From an uncultured Candidatus Poseidoniales archaeon (lineage in GTDB: Archaea > Thermoplasmatota > Poseidoniia > Poseidoniales > CAYMED01): a stretch of DNA of 64,000 bases. The notes beneath the pieces are model-generated. The model made no database searches. It saw only the letters and a list, made by a program, of their open reading frames with translations, and was not told where the DNA came from. The stretch's first letter is position 1; every line of letters starts with the position of its first letter. Shown in pieces: positions 9,327-18,445 of the stretch. Location: contig CAYMED010000001.1 in the NCBI GenBank assembly GCA_964389655.1, positions 122,217 to 186,216 on the forward strand, written 5' to 3'. The position numbers and the translations under genes are program-made.

Positions 9327-11252
9327 TCATTCTAGGGTATCAATCCTGTCAGCATGCTTGGCAAGAATTTTGGGTATGCGTGGTTTGAGTGTAGGGGTCA
9401 TCAGTCCATTTGTCGAAGGGTCCCACGCTTCGTGATCGAGGATTACTGTTGCTGGCTTTTCATAGGCCTTCCACACAGGTTCTAGACAAATATCATTACG
9501 CAAGTGTTCAAGAACGTGATTTTGTACTTCCTCATTTCGACATAATTCAGCTAAGGAACCACTGCTATTGATTCCAGACTTGACTAATGATGATTTGAGT
9601 TCATCTTCCTTTGGCACCACGACGACGAAAGTACGTGTCCGATCCCTTCCACCAAGGATTGCTTGTTCGATGAGCGGAGATGTGGAAAGTGTTGCTTCAA
9701 GCACGCCAGCAGCAACGAATTTACCATTTGCCAATTTCCACGTATTCTTTAGGCGACCAGTAATTGCAAGATATCCCTCTTCAGTAAGACGTCCCACATC
9801 CCCTGTTCGGTACCATCCGTCTTCCGTCATGACTTCAGCAGTACGTTCTTCATCACGCCAATATCCTTGGAATACATTTGGCCCACAAACCTGAATTTCA
9901 CCTTGATCTGGATTTTCATCATCATCGTATTCTTCAGTTGCAATACGTACCTCGACCCCAGGAATTGGCTTTCCGACGGTTCTGAGCTTGCTTCCACCAG
10001 GTCCCATCCACCCATTTGCAGCAACCATGGGGGAAAGTTCACTTGCCCCATACCCTTCATAGCAAGCCAAACTTGCTTGTTGGACAAATGCGGCCACATC
10101 AGGATTTAGTGCAGCAGCCCCTGATATGCAGAATCTGATCTTTCCTCCGAAGCGAGCCCGAACTTTGCCCCAAACAAGTTTATCCACCTTTTTCTCTAAC
10201 CAACCACTGGCTGGGACAGCGTCACAATCAATTCCTGACGCAATAATTCGCTTTTTTGCATCTTTTCTTGCCTTAGCAACCAATTTTGCTTTTAGTCCAG
10301 TAGCTCCATCAAGTTGACCAGATACTCTTTCATGAAATGTATCCCATATGCGTGGTACTGCACAGATGTAGGTCGGTTTGATCCGCATTGCTTCATCGGC
10401 CAATCGTTTTGGATCGCTAACGATATTCACGTGTACTCCTGCACGTAAACTCCAATGCAAATCTATCGCTTGTCCAAACGAGTGTGCCCATGGAAGAAAT
10501 GCTGCTGACCGATCTCCTTCTCCGATTTCAAAGCAACCTTGTACGCTAATTATATTTGAGAGTATATTCCAGTTTGACAGCATGACTCCCTTTGCTTTTG
10601 CCCCTGATGTGCCAGATGTCCAAATAAGTGAGGCTAACGCATTTGGGTCATTTGCCATATTTGATTTGGAGATTGGGTCCAATTTCCGTCCATGTATGAT
10701 CAAATCTCGCCATGCTTGGACCTTGATTCCAGTAGGTGCTTTTGGGGAGGCTTCTTCATCGTCAATAATGACCACACCTGCACTTGGCCATGCTTTTGGG
10801 TTTGTTCCCATCACTTCAGAAACACGTTCAAAAACATCCAAGTCAGAGACCAAAAGAAGTTTTGGCTCCGCTTCAGAAATAATATGTAACCAGTCTTCAG
10901 GAAGTACATGGGTATAGGTTGCAGTATGCACGGCGCCTAGGCGATTAGATGCATAAGCAGACACAGCCCATTGTGGGCAATTATCGAGTATCATCATGAT
11001 TCGATCTCCTGCCTCAATTCCCATATCCGAAAATGAAGCAGCAGCAGCATCGATCATTCCCCCCAATTCATTGAATGATATATTGACTGGGGGCATCTCT
11101 TGTCCAGTTCTGAAACCTAGTGCTGGGCGATCCCCATAACGGTCCACTGCAATACGAATCATTTCATCTAGAGTTTTTGGATCATCCTTGATTGGGCCAG
11201 ACCAATCCCGATCTGCCTCTGAGCGTTTGTAGACAAGCCTATCACCCGACAT
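9327..11252 (-). CDS. Long-chain fatty acid-CoA ligase (AMP-binding enzyme)
   Basis: TSGTSGAKAKGVML, FLPWAHSF, EGYGASE, GWYRTGDVG, ITGRLK. Confidence 0.92.
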   Translation of the reverse strand: MSGDRLVYKRSEADRDWSGPIKDDPKTLDEMIRIAVDRYGDRPALGFRTGQEMPPVNISFNELGGMIDAAAASFSDMGIEAGDRIMMILDNCPQWAVSAYASNRLGAVHTATYTHVLPEDWLHIISEAEPKLLLVSDLDVFERVSEVMGTNPKAWPSAGVVIIDDEEASPKAPTGIKVQAWRDLIIHGRKLDPISKSNMANDPNALASLIWTSGTSGAKAKGVMLSNWNILSNIISVQGCFEIGEGDRSAAFLPWAHSFGQAIDLHWSLRAGVHVNIVSDPKRLADEAMRIKPTYICAVPRIWDTFHERVSGQLDGATGLKAKLVAKARKDAKKRIIASGIDCDAVPASGWLEKKVDKLVWGKVRARFGGKIRFCISGAAALNPDVAAFVQQASLACYEGYGASELSPMVAANGWMGPGGSKLRTVGKPIPGVEVRIATEEYDDDENPDQGEIQVCGPNVFQGYWRDEERTAEVMTEDGWYRTGDVGRLTEEGYLAITGRLKNTWKLANGKFVAAGVLEATLSTSPLIEQAILGGRDRTRTFVVVVPKEDELKSSLVKSGINSSGSLAELCRNEEVQNHVLEHLRNDICLEPVWKAYEKPATVILDHEAWDPSTNGLMTPTLKPRIPKILAKHADRIDTLE

Positions 11253-11294
11253 GGCTAGCGCACAACGCCTCTCCCTGAAAAAATCACACCCACG

Positions 11295-12029
11295 TTAGAA
11301 ACCCAGCACATTAGCGAATGAAGCACGCCAATCAGCCCCCCCATTCCGATTTGAAGCCGGATTCGCAGGACTTGGATGTGGAATGTGATCAACAATAATT
11401 TTACCTCCATCAAACAATTTTCTTGCACATTTCTCTGCATATCTTCCAACACCAATGACGCGGCTTATGTTGAGGACTTGAGCAACATCATTGAGGTGTT
11501 GGTCACAAATACTTGTGAGTTCTTTTGCCACATCTCCCCGCAGTTTATCAGGTGTAATATTTCGTCCATCTTTATCAAACATCCATAGGGGGCAATGATT
11601 GGCAACTAGTAAATGCCGATGGATTTCTTTAGCATTTCCAAAATGTGTGGAAAGAAATCCCCAAATTCTTCGTCCAGATATTTCCACTTTTGGGCATGAA
11701 AGTCCATACACCTTCCTCTTTGGGTGTGTTTTTGCAGGTTCCTTTACTTCCAAATTAGTGATTTTGAGGACATCACGAACTTTTTCTGGACATCCAAATG
11801 GGACCCCTGTGTTCCCCATCCCATGACCTGGATTCATCCCAACAAGGAGAGTTTTTGCCCCCAAACCCCCAAATCGTTCTAGATATGCTTTGTGAGGTTC
11901 CCAAGCATATTCTAGAGGATTGTAAATCCAAGCAACTGGTCCCTTGCTCATGAGTAATTGCTGAGCCACCGAAGTGGAATGGTCCCGCAAATTTTCAGCA
12001 GCAGATACGAGACCTTCAACAACATTCAT
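11295..12029 (-). CDS. SMUG1-family uracil-DNA glycosylase
   Basis: YNPLEYAW, GMNPGHGMGNTGVPFG, EISGRRIWG, NHCPL, HPSPANP; ATG 12029 overlaps the upstream stop (ATGA). Confidence 0.93.
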   Translation of the reverse strand: MNVVEGLVSAAENLRDHSTSVAQQLLMSKGPVAWIYNPLEYAWEPHKAYLERFGGLGAKTLLVGMNPGHGMGNTGVPFGCPEKVRDVLKITNLEVKEPAKTHPKRKVYGLSCPKVEISGRRIWGFLSTHFGNAKEIHRHLLVANHCPLWMFDKDGRNITPDKLRGDVAKELTSICDQHLNDVAQVLNISRVIGVGRYAEKCARKLFDGGKIIVDHIPHPSPANPASNRNGGADWRASFANVLGF

Positions 12030-13747
12030 GTCCAATCCTCCAGTACTAATCGTGCCAATTCGGGTATGTCGAGATTAGCCAAATCAAACCATTCCTTGAT
12101 ATCACTAATGCTGGAATTTGAAGCCACAGCCTTTGCCCGCTCAGAGACCAGCCTCCAAGCAGATTTTGCTCCAATTCCTGGGATCGATGCTAATTGTTTT
12201 TCAGAGACATGCTCGCATCTTATACCAATTTCAACTCCCGTAAGTGAGCGTGAACCATGGCCGGTTACAAGTACGTCTGATGCAGTTTCAAGTGGGATGA
12301 GATATGGTACACCAACAAGGAGGGGATACGCTCCAATTTGGCGACCAAACGTGATTCCTCCTTTTCCATGAATCATGGGATCTTTGTGCTTGTGTAAATG
12401 AACATGGTCAGGCAGTCTTGTCCGGCTGTTATGTGATTCCCAGTGCACATGATTTAGACGCTGTCCGATTGGAAACATTTCGCGAACAAGGCTAGAATCA
12501 ACCGCTTTGCGGACAAATGTCTTGAATTCATCAAAATCACTCTTATTGACCTCTTGAAATCCTTCCCCTTCGACTTGTCGAATATTGATCCGACGCAACC
12601 ATAATCCTTCGTCGACCAAAGATTGGAGAAAAGTACGATTGAGGTTGTATGAATGGGACGTTTCACCGTTAAGACCAGCAATAAAATTCAATCCCGGCAA
12701 TAGTTGGGGTAACCCTCGTTTTCCCCTTTTTCGCCCATATTGATTTACATGCCGAATTGCAGTCAAAAGTTGATCTGAATTACAGTTTAGCCAGTTTAAC
12801 TCGTGTACGGTGGGATCAACAGATTCCAACCCGAATGAAAGAACAGCACCATCCGAGAGTGTTTCAACAAGAGTTTTTGTAATCTCGGTAGAGGGTTCAA
12901 TATGTTCTGAGATGATGCTAGGGTTGGCATTGTCTACATGGAGAATATCTAGTCGTTCATCATCCCTCAGAGAATAAAGAAGTTCGGCAATTGGTTCAGG
13001 GTTTGGTATTGGATATTCGAGTTCTTGAATTCCTTCAGCCATGTATGTGTACACATCAGTCATTCCACCTAGACGAATATGCTTGACGCCGTGATCAAGA
13101 GCAACAGATGCTTCTTCAATCACGTCTTTTGGGGTCCTCCAAATTGGCATCCCTTTCTTTGGTTCAATACAGAAGCGACACCCTCGCTTATACCGAACAC
13201 AACCTTGGTATACTTCGATTTCATAGATCAAGGGCCCTCCAATATCAGGATGGTTTCTCACAGATCGTGAAGATGCCCCTGCAATCGCCCATTTATTCCA
13301 TTCATCATTTGTCCTTCTTTGTTGCTTGAAAAAACCCGTACCGAGAAATTGATTGAGTGATGCATCTATATCTTGAACTGCGAAGAATAAATTTTCTCTG
13401 AATGGCAACCGGCCCTTCTGTTTCCACCCTCTTATTGCCCATCCTCCGGCCAGAAAAGGAAGGTGCTTTGGTGCCTCAGCAATGAGGTCGCACGCTTCTT
13501 TACACGAAATTGGCGTGCCACGCAAATATTTCCCTGGCACGATCGCTCCAGCAACAAGAACAATGCCCTCGACATCTGAAAAATCTAATTTTTGACTATG
13601 CCGTAAATGATCTATGGTTAGATATCTGTAGTCAATCCCTCTCAGTTCCAATACACCACATACATACCGTACATGAAATCCAATATAGGGGGGGACGCCA
13701 AAGGCAGCTGGTTCATCTTCGTAGCCATCTATGATGAGCCAAGTCAA
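12026..13747 (-). CDS. Radical SAM protein with C-terminal helix-hairpin-helix (COG1031-like)
   Basis: IIDGYEDEPAAFGVPPYI N-terminus, GCVRYKRGCRFC cluster motif, LRRINIRQV, FGRQIGAYP, HhH LASIPGIGAKSA. Confidence 0.88.
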   Translation of the reverse strand: MTWLIIDGYEDEPAAFGVPPYIGFHVRYVCGVLELRGIDYRYLTIDHLRHSQKLDFSDVEGIVLVAGAIVPGKYLRGTPISCKEACDLIAEAPKHLPFLAGGWAIRGWKQKGRLPFRENLFFAVQDIDASLNQFLGTGFFKQQRRTNDEWNKWAIAGASSRSVRNHPDIGGPLIYEIEVYQGCVRYKRGCRFCIEPKKGMPIWRTPKDVIEEASVALDHGVKHIRLGGMTDVYTYMAEGIQELEYPIPNPEPIAELLYSLRDDERLDILHVDNANPSIISEHIEPSTEITKTLVETLSDGAVLSFGLESVDPTVHELNWLNCNSDQLLTAIRHVNQYGRKRGKRGLPQLLPGLNFIAGLNGETSHSYNLNRTFLQSLVDEGLWLRRINIRQVEGEGFQEVNKSDFDEFKTFVRKAVDSSLVREMFPIGQRLNHVHWESHNSRTRLPDHVHLHKHKDPMIHGKGGITFGRQIGAYPLLVGVPYLIPLETASDVLVTGHGSRSLTGVEIGIRCEHVSEKQLASIPGIGAKSAWRLVSERAKAVASNSSISDIKEWFDLANLDIPELARLVLEDWT

Positions 13748-13793
13748 GAACTATCCCCTGCTTTGGGTATGGGCCATCTAAAATGAGTGTTGG

Positions 13794-15206
13794 CTATTCG
13801 TTTAGGCGCGATTCAAATTCGTTGCGAGAGATACTCCCTTCCTCAAGCATGGCCTGAAGTTCTCGTTTGGATTTTCTTTCTTTTGATCTATCTGTTCCAA
13901 GGCCAATTTTCTTATTTCCACCCTTTTGGCCAGATGGTTGCACATTTACTGGGCGGCCAAGTATCTTGGATCGATGAAGCTTTTCAATTGCTTTACTCGC
14001 ATTTTCAGGTGTCTCAAAAGTTACGAATCCGAACCCCCTTGAGCGCCCTGAATCCCGATCCTTCATGGCGATTGCATCGATCACAGTTCCGATTTGAGAG
14101 AAATGCTTGTGTAAATCAGTTGTTTCAGCTGCATGTGCTAAATTTCCAACGAATATCTTGCATGCTGGATCGAATTTTCGTTTTCCCCCTCCCCTTTGAT
14201 TCCCCTTCCCTTTCTTATCATCACCCGCTGGCCGAACACTAATTTTTGATCCTTGCATTTCTTTTCCATTAAGGTGGCCTATTGCACGTTTTGCTTCTTC
14301 AGGTGAGGACATTGTCACGAATCCAAATCCGCGTGGTTCGCGAGTATCTTTGTCTCGAACAGCAAATGCATCAGCAACGACTCCAACAACGGAGAAATGG
14401 TCATTGAGGTCTGATGTTTCAGCAGTTTTTGGCAAATTTCCCACAAATAGCCTACATGCCGGATCAAATGCATCTCGCGGTGAATCATTGCGCAATTGGA
14501 TTCCTCTTTCTCGGCGGCTTGCCGCCCATTCAGCCTCCACATTTGCAGCCCATCGTTTTCCACTGTTATTTAGCCGACTTATTTCTTCATCAGAAGATAG
14601 GGCATAACCATGGCCAAATCCATCTGACAAATTCCGAAACTCGCGCAATTTGCATGGATGACAAACGACATTGAAATCCCCATGACCTTCAGCATCAAGG
14701 GGAAAGCCACAGTTTGTGCATTGTGCATGGAGAACTCCTAATTCGCCTCCTTTTTTTGTTGACAATCGAACAATGGGGTCGGTGTCAATTACTTTTGCAC
14801 GCAATATATCTCTTTTCCGCATTGAATTTCTAGGTTCGGGAAGAAAACGGTCAACGATCTCATGAACCGCAATTTCTCCATATTCAAATTGAGGGATGAT
14901 GCCAGTTGCAGTACTTCCTTCAATCTGTAAAATACGTATTTCTACTGAACTATTGTTGAGCCGAACAACTTCTCCAATAACAACATCGCCCTTTTCCACT
15001 TTCCCCAATCCTGAATTAATCGCATCAACACGGATTGTATTATTTGAGCGATGTACATGTCCAAGGACAGTTGCAACAAGCTGTTCTCCAAATTCAGCCA
15101 CGCCACTCCCGGCTTCAGTTCCATTTGATGCGCAGATGATCGTTCCGGGAGTCACGAGTTCCTTTGAGGGGTTATCCACGTCTTGAGGGGCTCGGGTTCT
15201 GCTCAT
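13794..15206 (-). CDS. csl4: Exosome subunit Csl4 fused to two RRM domains and a SHOCT-like tail
   Basis: VTPGTII N-domain, S1 domain GDVVIGEV..DILRAKVI, Zn ribbon CTNC..CHPC; two RRMs with RNP2 (L/I)FVGNL and RNP1 RGFGFVT; start taken at ATG 15206 (ORF track 15251). Confidence 0.88.
   Translation of the reverse strand: MSRTRAPQDVDNPSKELVTPGTIICASNGTEAGSGVAEFGEQLVATVLGHVHRSNNTIRVDAINSGLGKVEKGDVVIGEVVRLNNSSVEIRILQIEGSTATGIIPQFEYGEIAVHEIVDRFLPEPRNSMRKRDILRAKVIDTDPIVRLSTKKGGELGVLHAQCTNCGFPLDAEGHGDFNVVCHPCKLREFRNLSDGFGHGYALSSDEEISRLNNSGKRWAANVEAEWAASRRERGIQLRNDSPRDAFDPACRLFVGNLPKTAETSDLNDHFSVVGVVADAFAVRDKDTREPRGFGFVTMSSPEEAKRAIGHLNGKEMQGSKISVRPAGDDKKGKGNQRGGGKRKFDPACKIFVGNLAHAAETTDLHKHFSQIGTVIDAIAMKDRDSGRSRGFGFVTFETPENASKAIEKLHRSKILGRPVNVQPSGQKGGNKKIGLGTDRSKERKSKRELQAMLEEGSISRNEFESRLNE
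13930..14468 (-). repeat. Tandem duplication of an RRM-coding unit inside csl4 (boundaries approximate)
   Basis: FDPACRLFVGNLPKTAETSDL..RGFGFVT vs FDPACKIFVGNLAHAAETTDL..RGFGFVT. Confidence 0.85.
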
Positions 15207-15223
15207 CAATCTGTTGACCTTTT

Positions 15224-15904
15224 CTACGAAGAATATCGCAGGCATCTCCATCCCCTGACTTGGGTTTTTTTTGCAGAACTACGGTGATAGATTTGTGTTG
15301 CTGGTAAGCGATATTCAGCATCAAAGATCACTTCTGAGTTCCATCCATATTCCTCGGCTAATCGTTCAATGTGGGAGGCTGTAGCAGCATGAAGTATGTG
15401 TATGGCTTTTGCGTTAGATGTGAATGCAGCTACCATTAGAGGGCGATCTGCCCCTCGGTTTATTGTGCCAAAAGGTGGATTCATCAAAATTGTGGCTGGC
15501 TGCAATATGTCTGGCCATTTCTCATCAATATTTGCATTCAATATAGTAACCTTTGGCGAATCTTCTTTGGGCCAGTTGCCGTGTATTGGTGGCCATCCTT
15601 TGATCTCACCTGTTGTGAGACCGAGACTTTTGGCAGCAAATACCGAAGAAGCCGCTCTTTCCTGATTCCTTTCAATCAAGAGGACTGGCTTTCCACTAAT
15701 CAGGTGTGCTCCAATTCCTAATATGCCTCCTCCTGCACCAAGATCGGCAATAGGCCCTTTTGTTAAATCTCCAAGTCGAAATGCGATCTCAAGCCATCGT
15801 GCAGCTAAATCTCCTTCGGTATTCCATGCTTCATCTTCTGGACCTGCAGAAGGCGGCGTTGGCAAAGCCGATAATCGCATTGCTAGGTCACGCAATCGCA
15901 TCAA
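15224..15904 (-). CDS. METTL5-family (COG2263) predicted RNA N6-methyltransferase
   Basis: ADLGAGGGILGIG SAM motif, ILMNPPFG, ADRP; lies upstream of csl4 as in other archaea. Confidence 0.85.
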   Translation of the reverse strand: MMRLRDLAMRLSALPTPPSAGPEDEAWNTEGDLAARWLEIAFRLGDLTKGPIADLGAGGGILGIGAHLISGKPVLLIERNQERAASSVFAAKSLGLTTGEIKGWPPIHGNWPKEDSPKVTILNANIDEKWPDILQPATILMNPPFGTINRGADRPLMVAAFTSNAKAIHILHAATASHIERLAEEYGWNSEVIFDAEYRLPATQIYHRSSAKKTQVRGWRCLRYSS

Positions 15905-15911
15905 CTTCGCC

Positions 15912-16241
15912 TCAAGTCTTGCGCATCAAATCCTTGAGGTTAGCAGACATATGCATTCGCCGCGCGCGGTGTTCTGCAGCCGATCGTTGTGCATTTTGAG
16001 AAACTTGTTGATCATGTGCATCAGGCACTTTCCAGTTTTCTGGCTTTGGGGCATTAGCAATTTGTGCTCCATTTCTATTTCCTGCTGCTTCACGTTGTAG
16101 TTCTTCGGACTCAATAATGCCGATCAAAGTGGCTCCACAAACTGCGCAAGCGGGAGTGCCTTCTCCTGCCACTTGTCCACAAGCCGTGCAGTAAACCATA
16201 CGAATGCCTATCCCCTTTCGTGTATGAAACCCACTGTTCAT
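15912..16241 (-). CDS. Small zinc-ribbon protein
   Basis: YCTACG..ACAVCGA (two CxxC); ATGA overlap with the upstream gene. Confidence 0.7.
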   Translation of the reverse strand: MNSGFHTRKGIGIRMVYCTACGQVAGEGTPACAVCGATLIGIIESEELQREAAGNRNGAQIANAPKPENWKVPDAHDQQVSQNAQRSAAEHRARRMHMSANLKDLMRKT

Positions 16242-17290
16242 CCTGCGACTTTAATGAATAGTGAATATTCATCTACACCTGCTGCGACTGCTCGGTCACT
16301 AGCAGATTGGAATTCTGGATGCTCAAGAATTTCAGAACCTTCAAGCCCTTCTCCCCGTAATTTGGCTATGAGGTCATCAATTTCTTTTTCCATTGTTGAA
16401 GCCGTCGAAGTACTTGAGGGGGTGATCTCTGAAATAATGTCTTGTGGTCCACTTAATGTTGACTTTGGTGCATCTGTGGAGGATAATGGAATTGGTTGAA
16501 TCGTCTGCCCTGTTGCCTGAATCACTTGCCCAACTGGTTGTGCTGGCATTTGGGTGGGTGGGTTTGGCATTGCTCCTTGTGCTGCCATTGCTTGCTGCAT
16601 CCAAATTTGCTGCATCTGCATCATTTGAGCCTGTTGCATTGCCATCATTTGCTCATTAGTCCAGCCCTGCTGCATCTGCTGTGTGGCTGGCAAAACTTGG
16701 GTTGATGCAGAGTCAGCAGGGCGTGAACTGACTTTTGCAACCATCGTGCCCACATCATTCGGTAATGCCTGTGGTGTTTCTCCAGTTGGAATGAATATGA
16801 ACGCTCTGCCAACAAGATGGTCTGGTCGCATGCCCATTGGGAAAAAGTCAATCTTCGGAAGTTCCGGATGCCGCCACATAGACCATGTTTGAGAATTGAA
16901 GTCCATTCTCGTAGGGACCGGAATTCCAGCAGGTATGGGAGTAATTTTGACAGAATGATCAAGCCAATCACTTCCTCGTAAACCCGCAACCCATTGTTCA
17001 ACATCTTTACGCGCAATATCGACAATCTGATAGGAAGCTGACATTAAGTCAAGACCTTGACTTTCTAGAACTTCAGACTCAGCGCCAGGCCGGAAGAAGA
17101 GCGTAATTACGGGTTCATGCAAGCTTATCGTTTCTCCACGCTTTTGGAATGCAGGTCTATCTGCTCGCCGACACATGATTAGGAATCTCGTTCTGTCGCT
17201 AGAAGTACCCAGTTCTCCCCATTTCCGGCCTTCTGCCTCATCAAGGAGCTCCGCGATGGTTACTCGATCAACGATCTCAAGTCTAGCCAC
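16238..17290 (-). CDS. Hypothetical protein with Gln/Met/Pro-rich low-complexity linker
   Basis: 350-aa ORF in a tightly packed run; QQMQQGWTNEQMMAMQQAQMMQMQQIWMQQAM tract. Confidence 0.75.
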   Translation of the reverse strand: MARLEIVDRVTIAELLDEAEGRKWGELGTSSDRTRFLIMCRRADRPAFQKRGETISLHEPVITLFFRPGAESEVLESQGLDLMSASYQIVDIARKDVEQWVAGLRGSDWLDHSVKITPIPAGIPVPTRMDFNSQTWSMWRHPELPKIDFFPMGMRPDHLVGRAFIFIPTGETPQALPNDVGTMVAKVSSRPADSASTQVLPATQQMQQGWTNEQMMAMQQAQMMQMQQIWMQQAMAAQGAMPNPPTQMPAQPVGQVIQATGQTIQPIPLSSTDAPKSTLSGPQDIISEITPSSTSTASTMEKEIDDLIAKLRGEGLEGSEILEHPEFQSASDRAVAAGVDEYSLFIKVAG

Positions 17291-17356
17291 AATATTGACC
17301 GGAGCATGTATTTGGCTTGACCATTATGCCGTTGAGCATCATATTTTCCCGCAACA

Positions 17357-18445
17357 ATGACAGGATGTATGCCGTCCGGTCTGACAATGGCTCTGGAAAA
17401 TTTGGCCAATACTCCCGTTCTAGTGACTGGTGGTGCTGGCTTCATAGGATCACACTTGTGTCAGAAACTCTCTGAGATTGGCTCACGAGTCATGATCCTT
17501 GATAATCTGGATACTGGCTCAGTAAATCGCCTTCCAGCAAACCTATGCCATCTTCGTTCAGACCAATCTGAGGGTGCTTGGACACATTGTAGTTCAGATA
17601 CGCCAGTGCTAGTAGAGGGCTCGATAGTGGATCATGAACTTGTCAAAACGCTTCTCAAAGGTGCAATCTCAGTCATCCATCTGGCCGCGATTGCTTCAGT
17701 CCAGCGAAGTCTTGACAACCCATTACTCCACAGATCTGTAAATATAGAAGCAACTAGAAACCTTATCGATGAATGCGATGAATTAACCAATATTCGATCC
17801 TTTTTGTTTGCTTCCTCCGCTGCAATATATGGAACAACAGATCAGTTGCCTATTGTAGAATCCACTGGAAAAAACCCAACATCAATTTATGGTAAAGGAA
17901 AATGGCTTGCTGAACGACTTGTACTCGGAAAGGAAGGTGGAATGGACGAATGGATTTCAGCATCCAAGCCCCGAAGAACTCCTGTTTCAGGACTGCGCTT
18001 CTTCAATGTGTATGGACCCGGGCAAGACCCTTCTAGCCCTTATAGTGGGGTCCTTTCAATATTTCATGACTTGGCTAAAAACGGGCAACCTATCACCATA
18101 CATGGTGATGGGAAGCAATCGAGAGATTTCATACATGTATCTGATGTGGTATCAGCAATTGTTGATGTAACTCACGCTCTCTTAGAAGGGGGCGTTGCTT
18201 CAGCCCTACATGCACAAGCATTCAATATTTCCACGGGATCTGGGGTGAGTTTACTGAATGTTATTGACATTCTTGAGGCAGAATATGGACCGCTTGATGT
18301 TGAGCATGGGCCTGTACGAGAGGGAGATATCAAGCACAGCCATGGTTCATCTGACTTAATCCAACAATGCACAATTTGGAAACCAAATGTGTTGCTAAAG
18401 GAAGGTCTTGTTTCTCTTATTTCTGACGACCGACCTTTGGCCTGA
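17357..18445 (+). CDS. NAD-dependent epimerase/dehydratase (extended SDR); start may be ATG 17387
   Basis: VTGGAGFIG, HLAA, SSAAIYG, YGKGK, LRFFNVYGPGQDP, GDGKQSRDF. Confidence 0.93.
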   Translation: MTGCMPSGLTMALENLANTPVLVTGGAGFIGSHLCQKLSEIGSRVMILDNLDTGSVNRLPANLCHLRSDQSEGAWTHCSSDTPVLVEGSIVDHELVKTLLKGAISVIHLAAIASVQRSLDNPLLHRSVNIEATRNLIDECDELTNIRSFLFASSAAIYGTTDQLPIVESTGKNPTSIYGKGKWLAERLVLGKEGGMDEWISASKPRRTPVSGLRFFNVYGPGQDPSSPYSGVLSIFHDLAKNGQPITIHGDGKQSRDFIHVSDVVSAIVDVTHALLEGGVASALHAQAFNISTGSGVSLLNVIDILEAEYGPLDVEHGPVREGDIKHSHGSSDLIQQCTIWKPNVLLKEGLVSLISDDRPLA

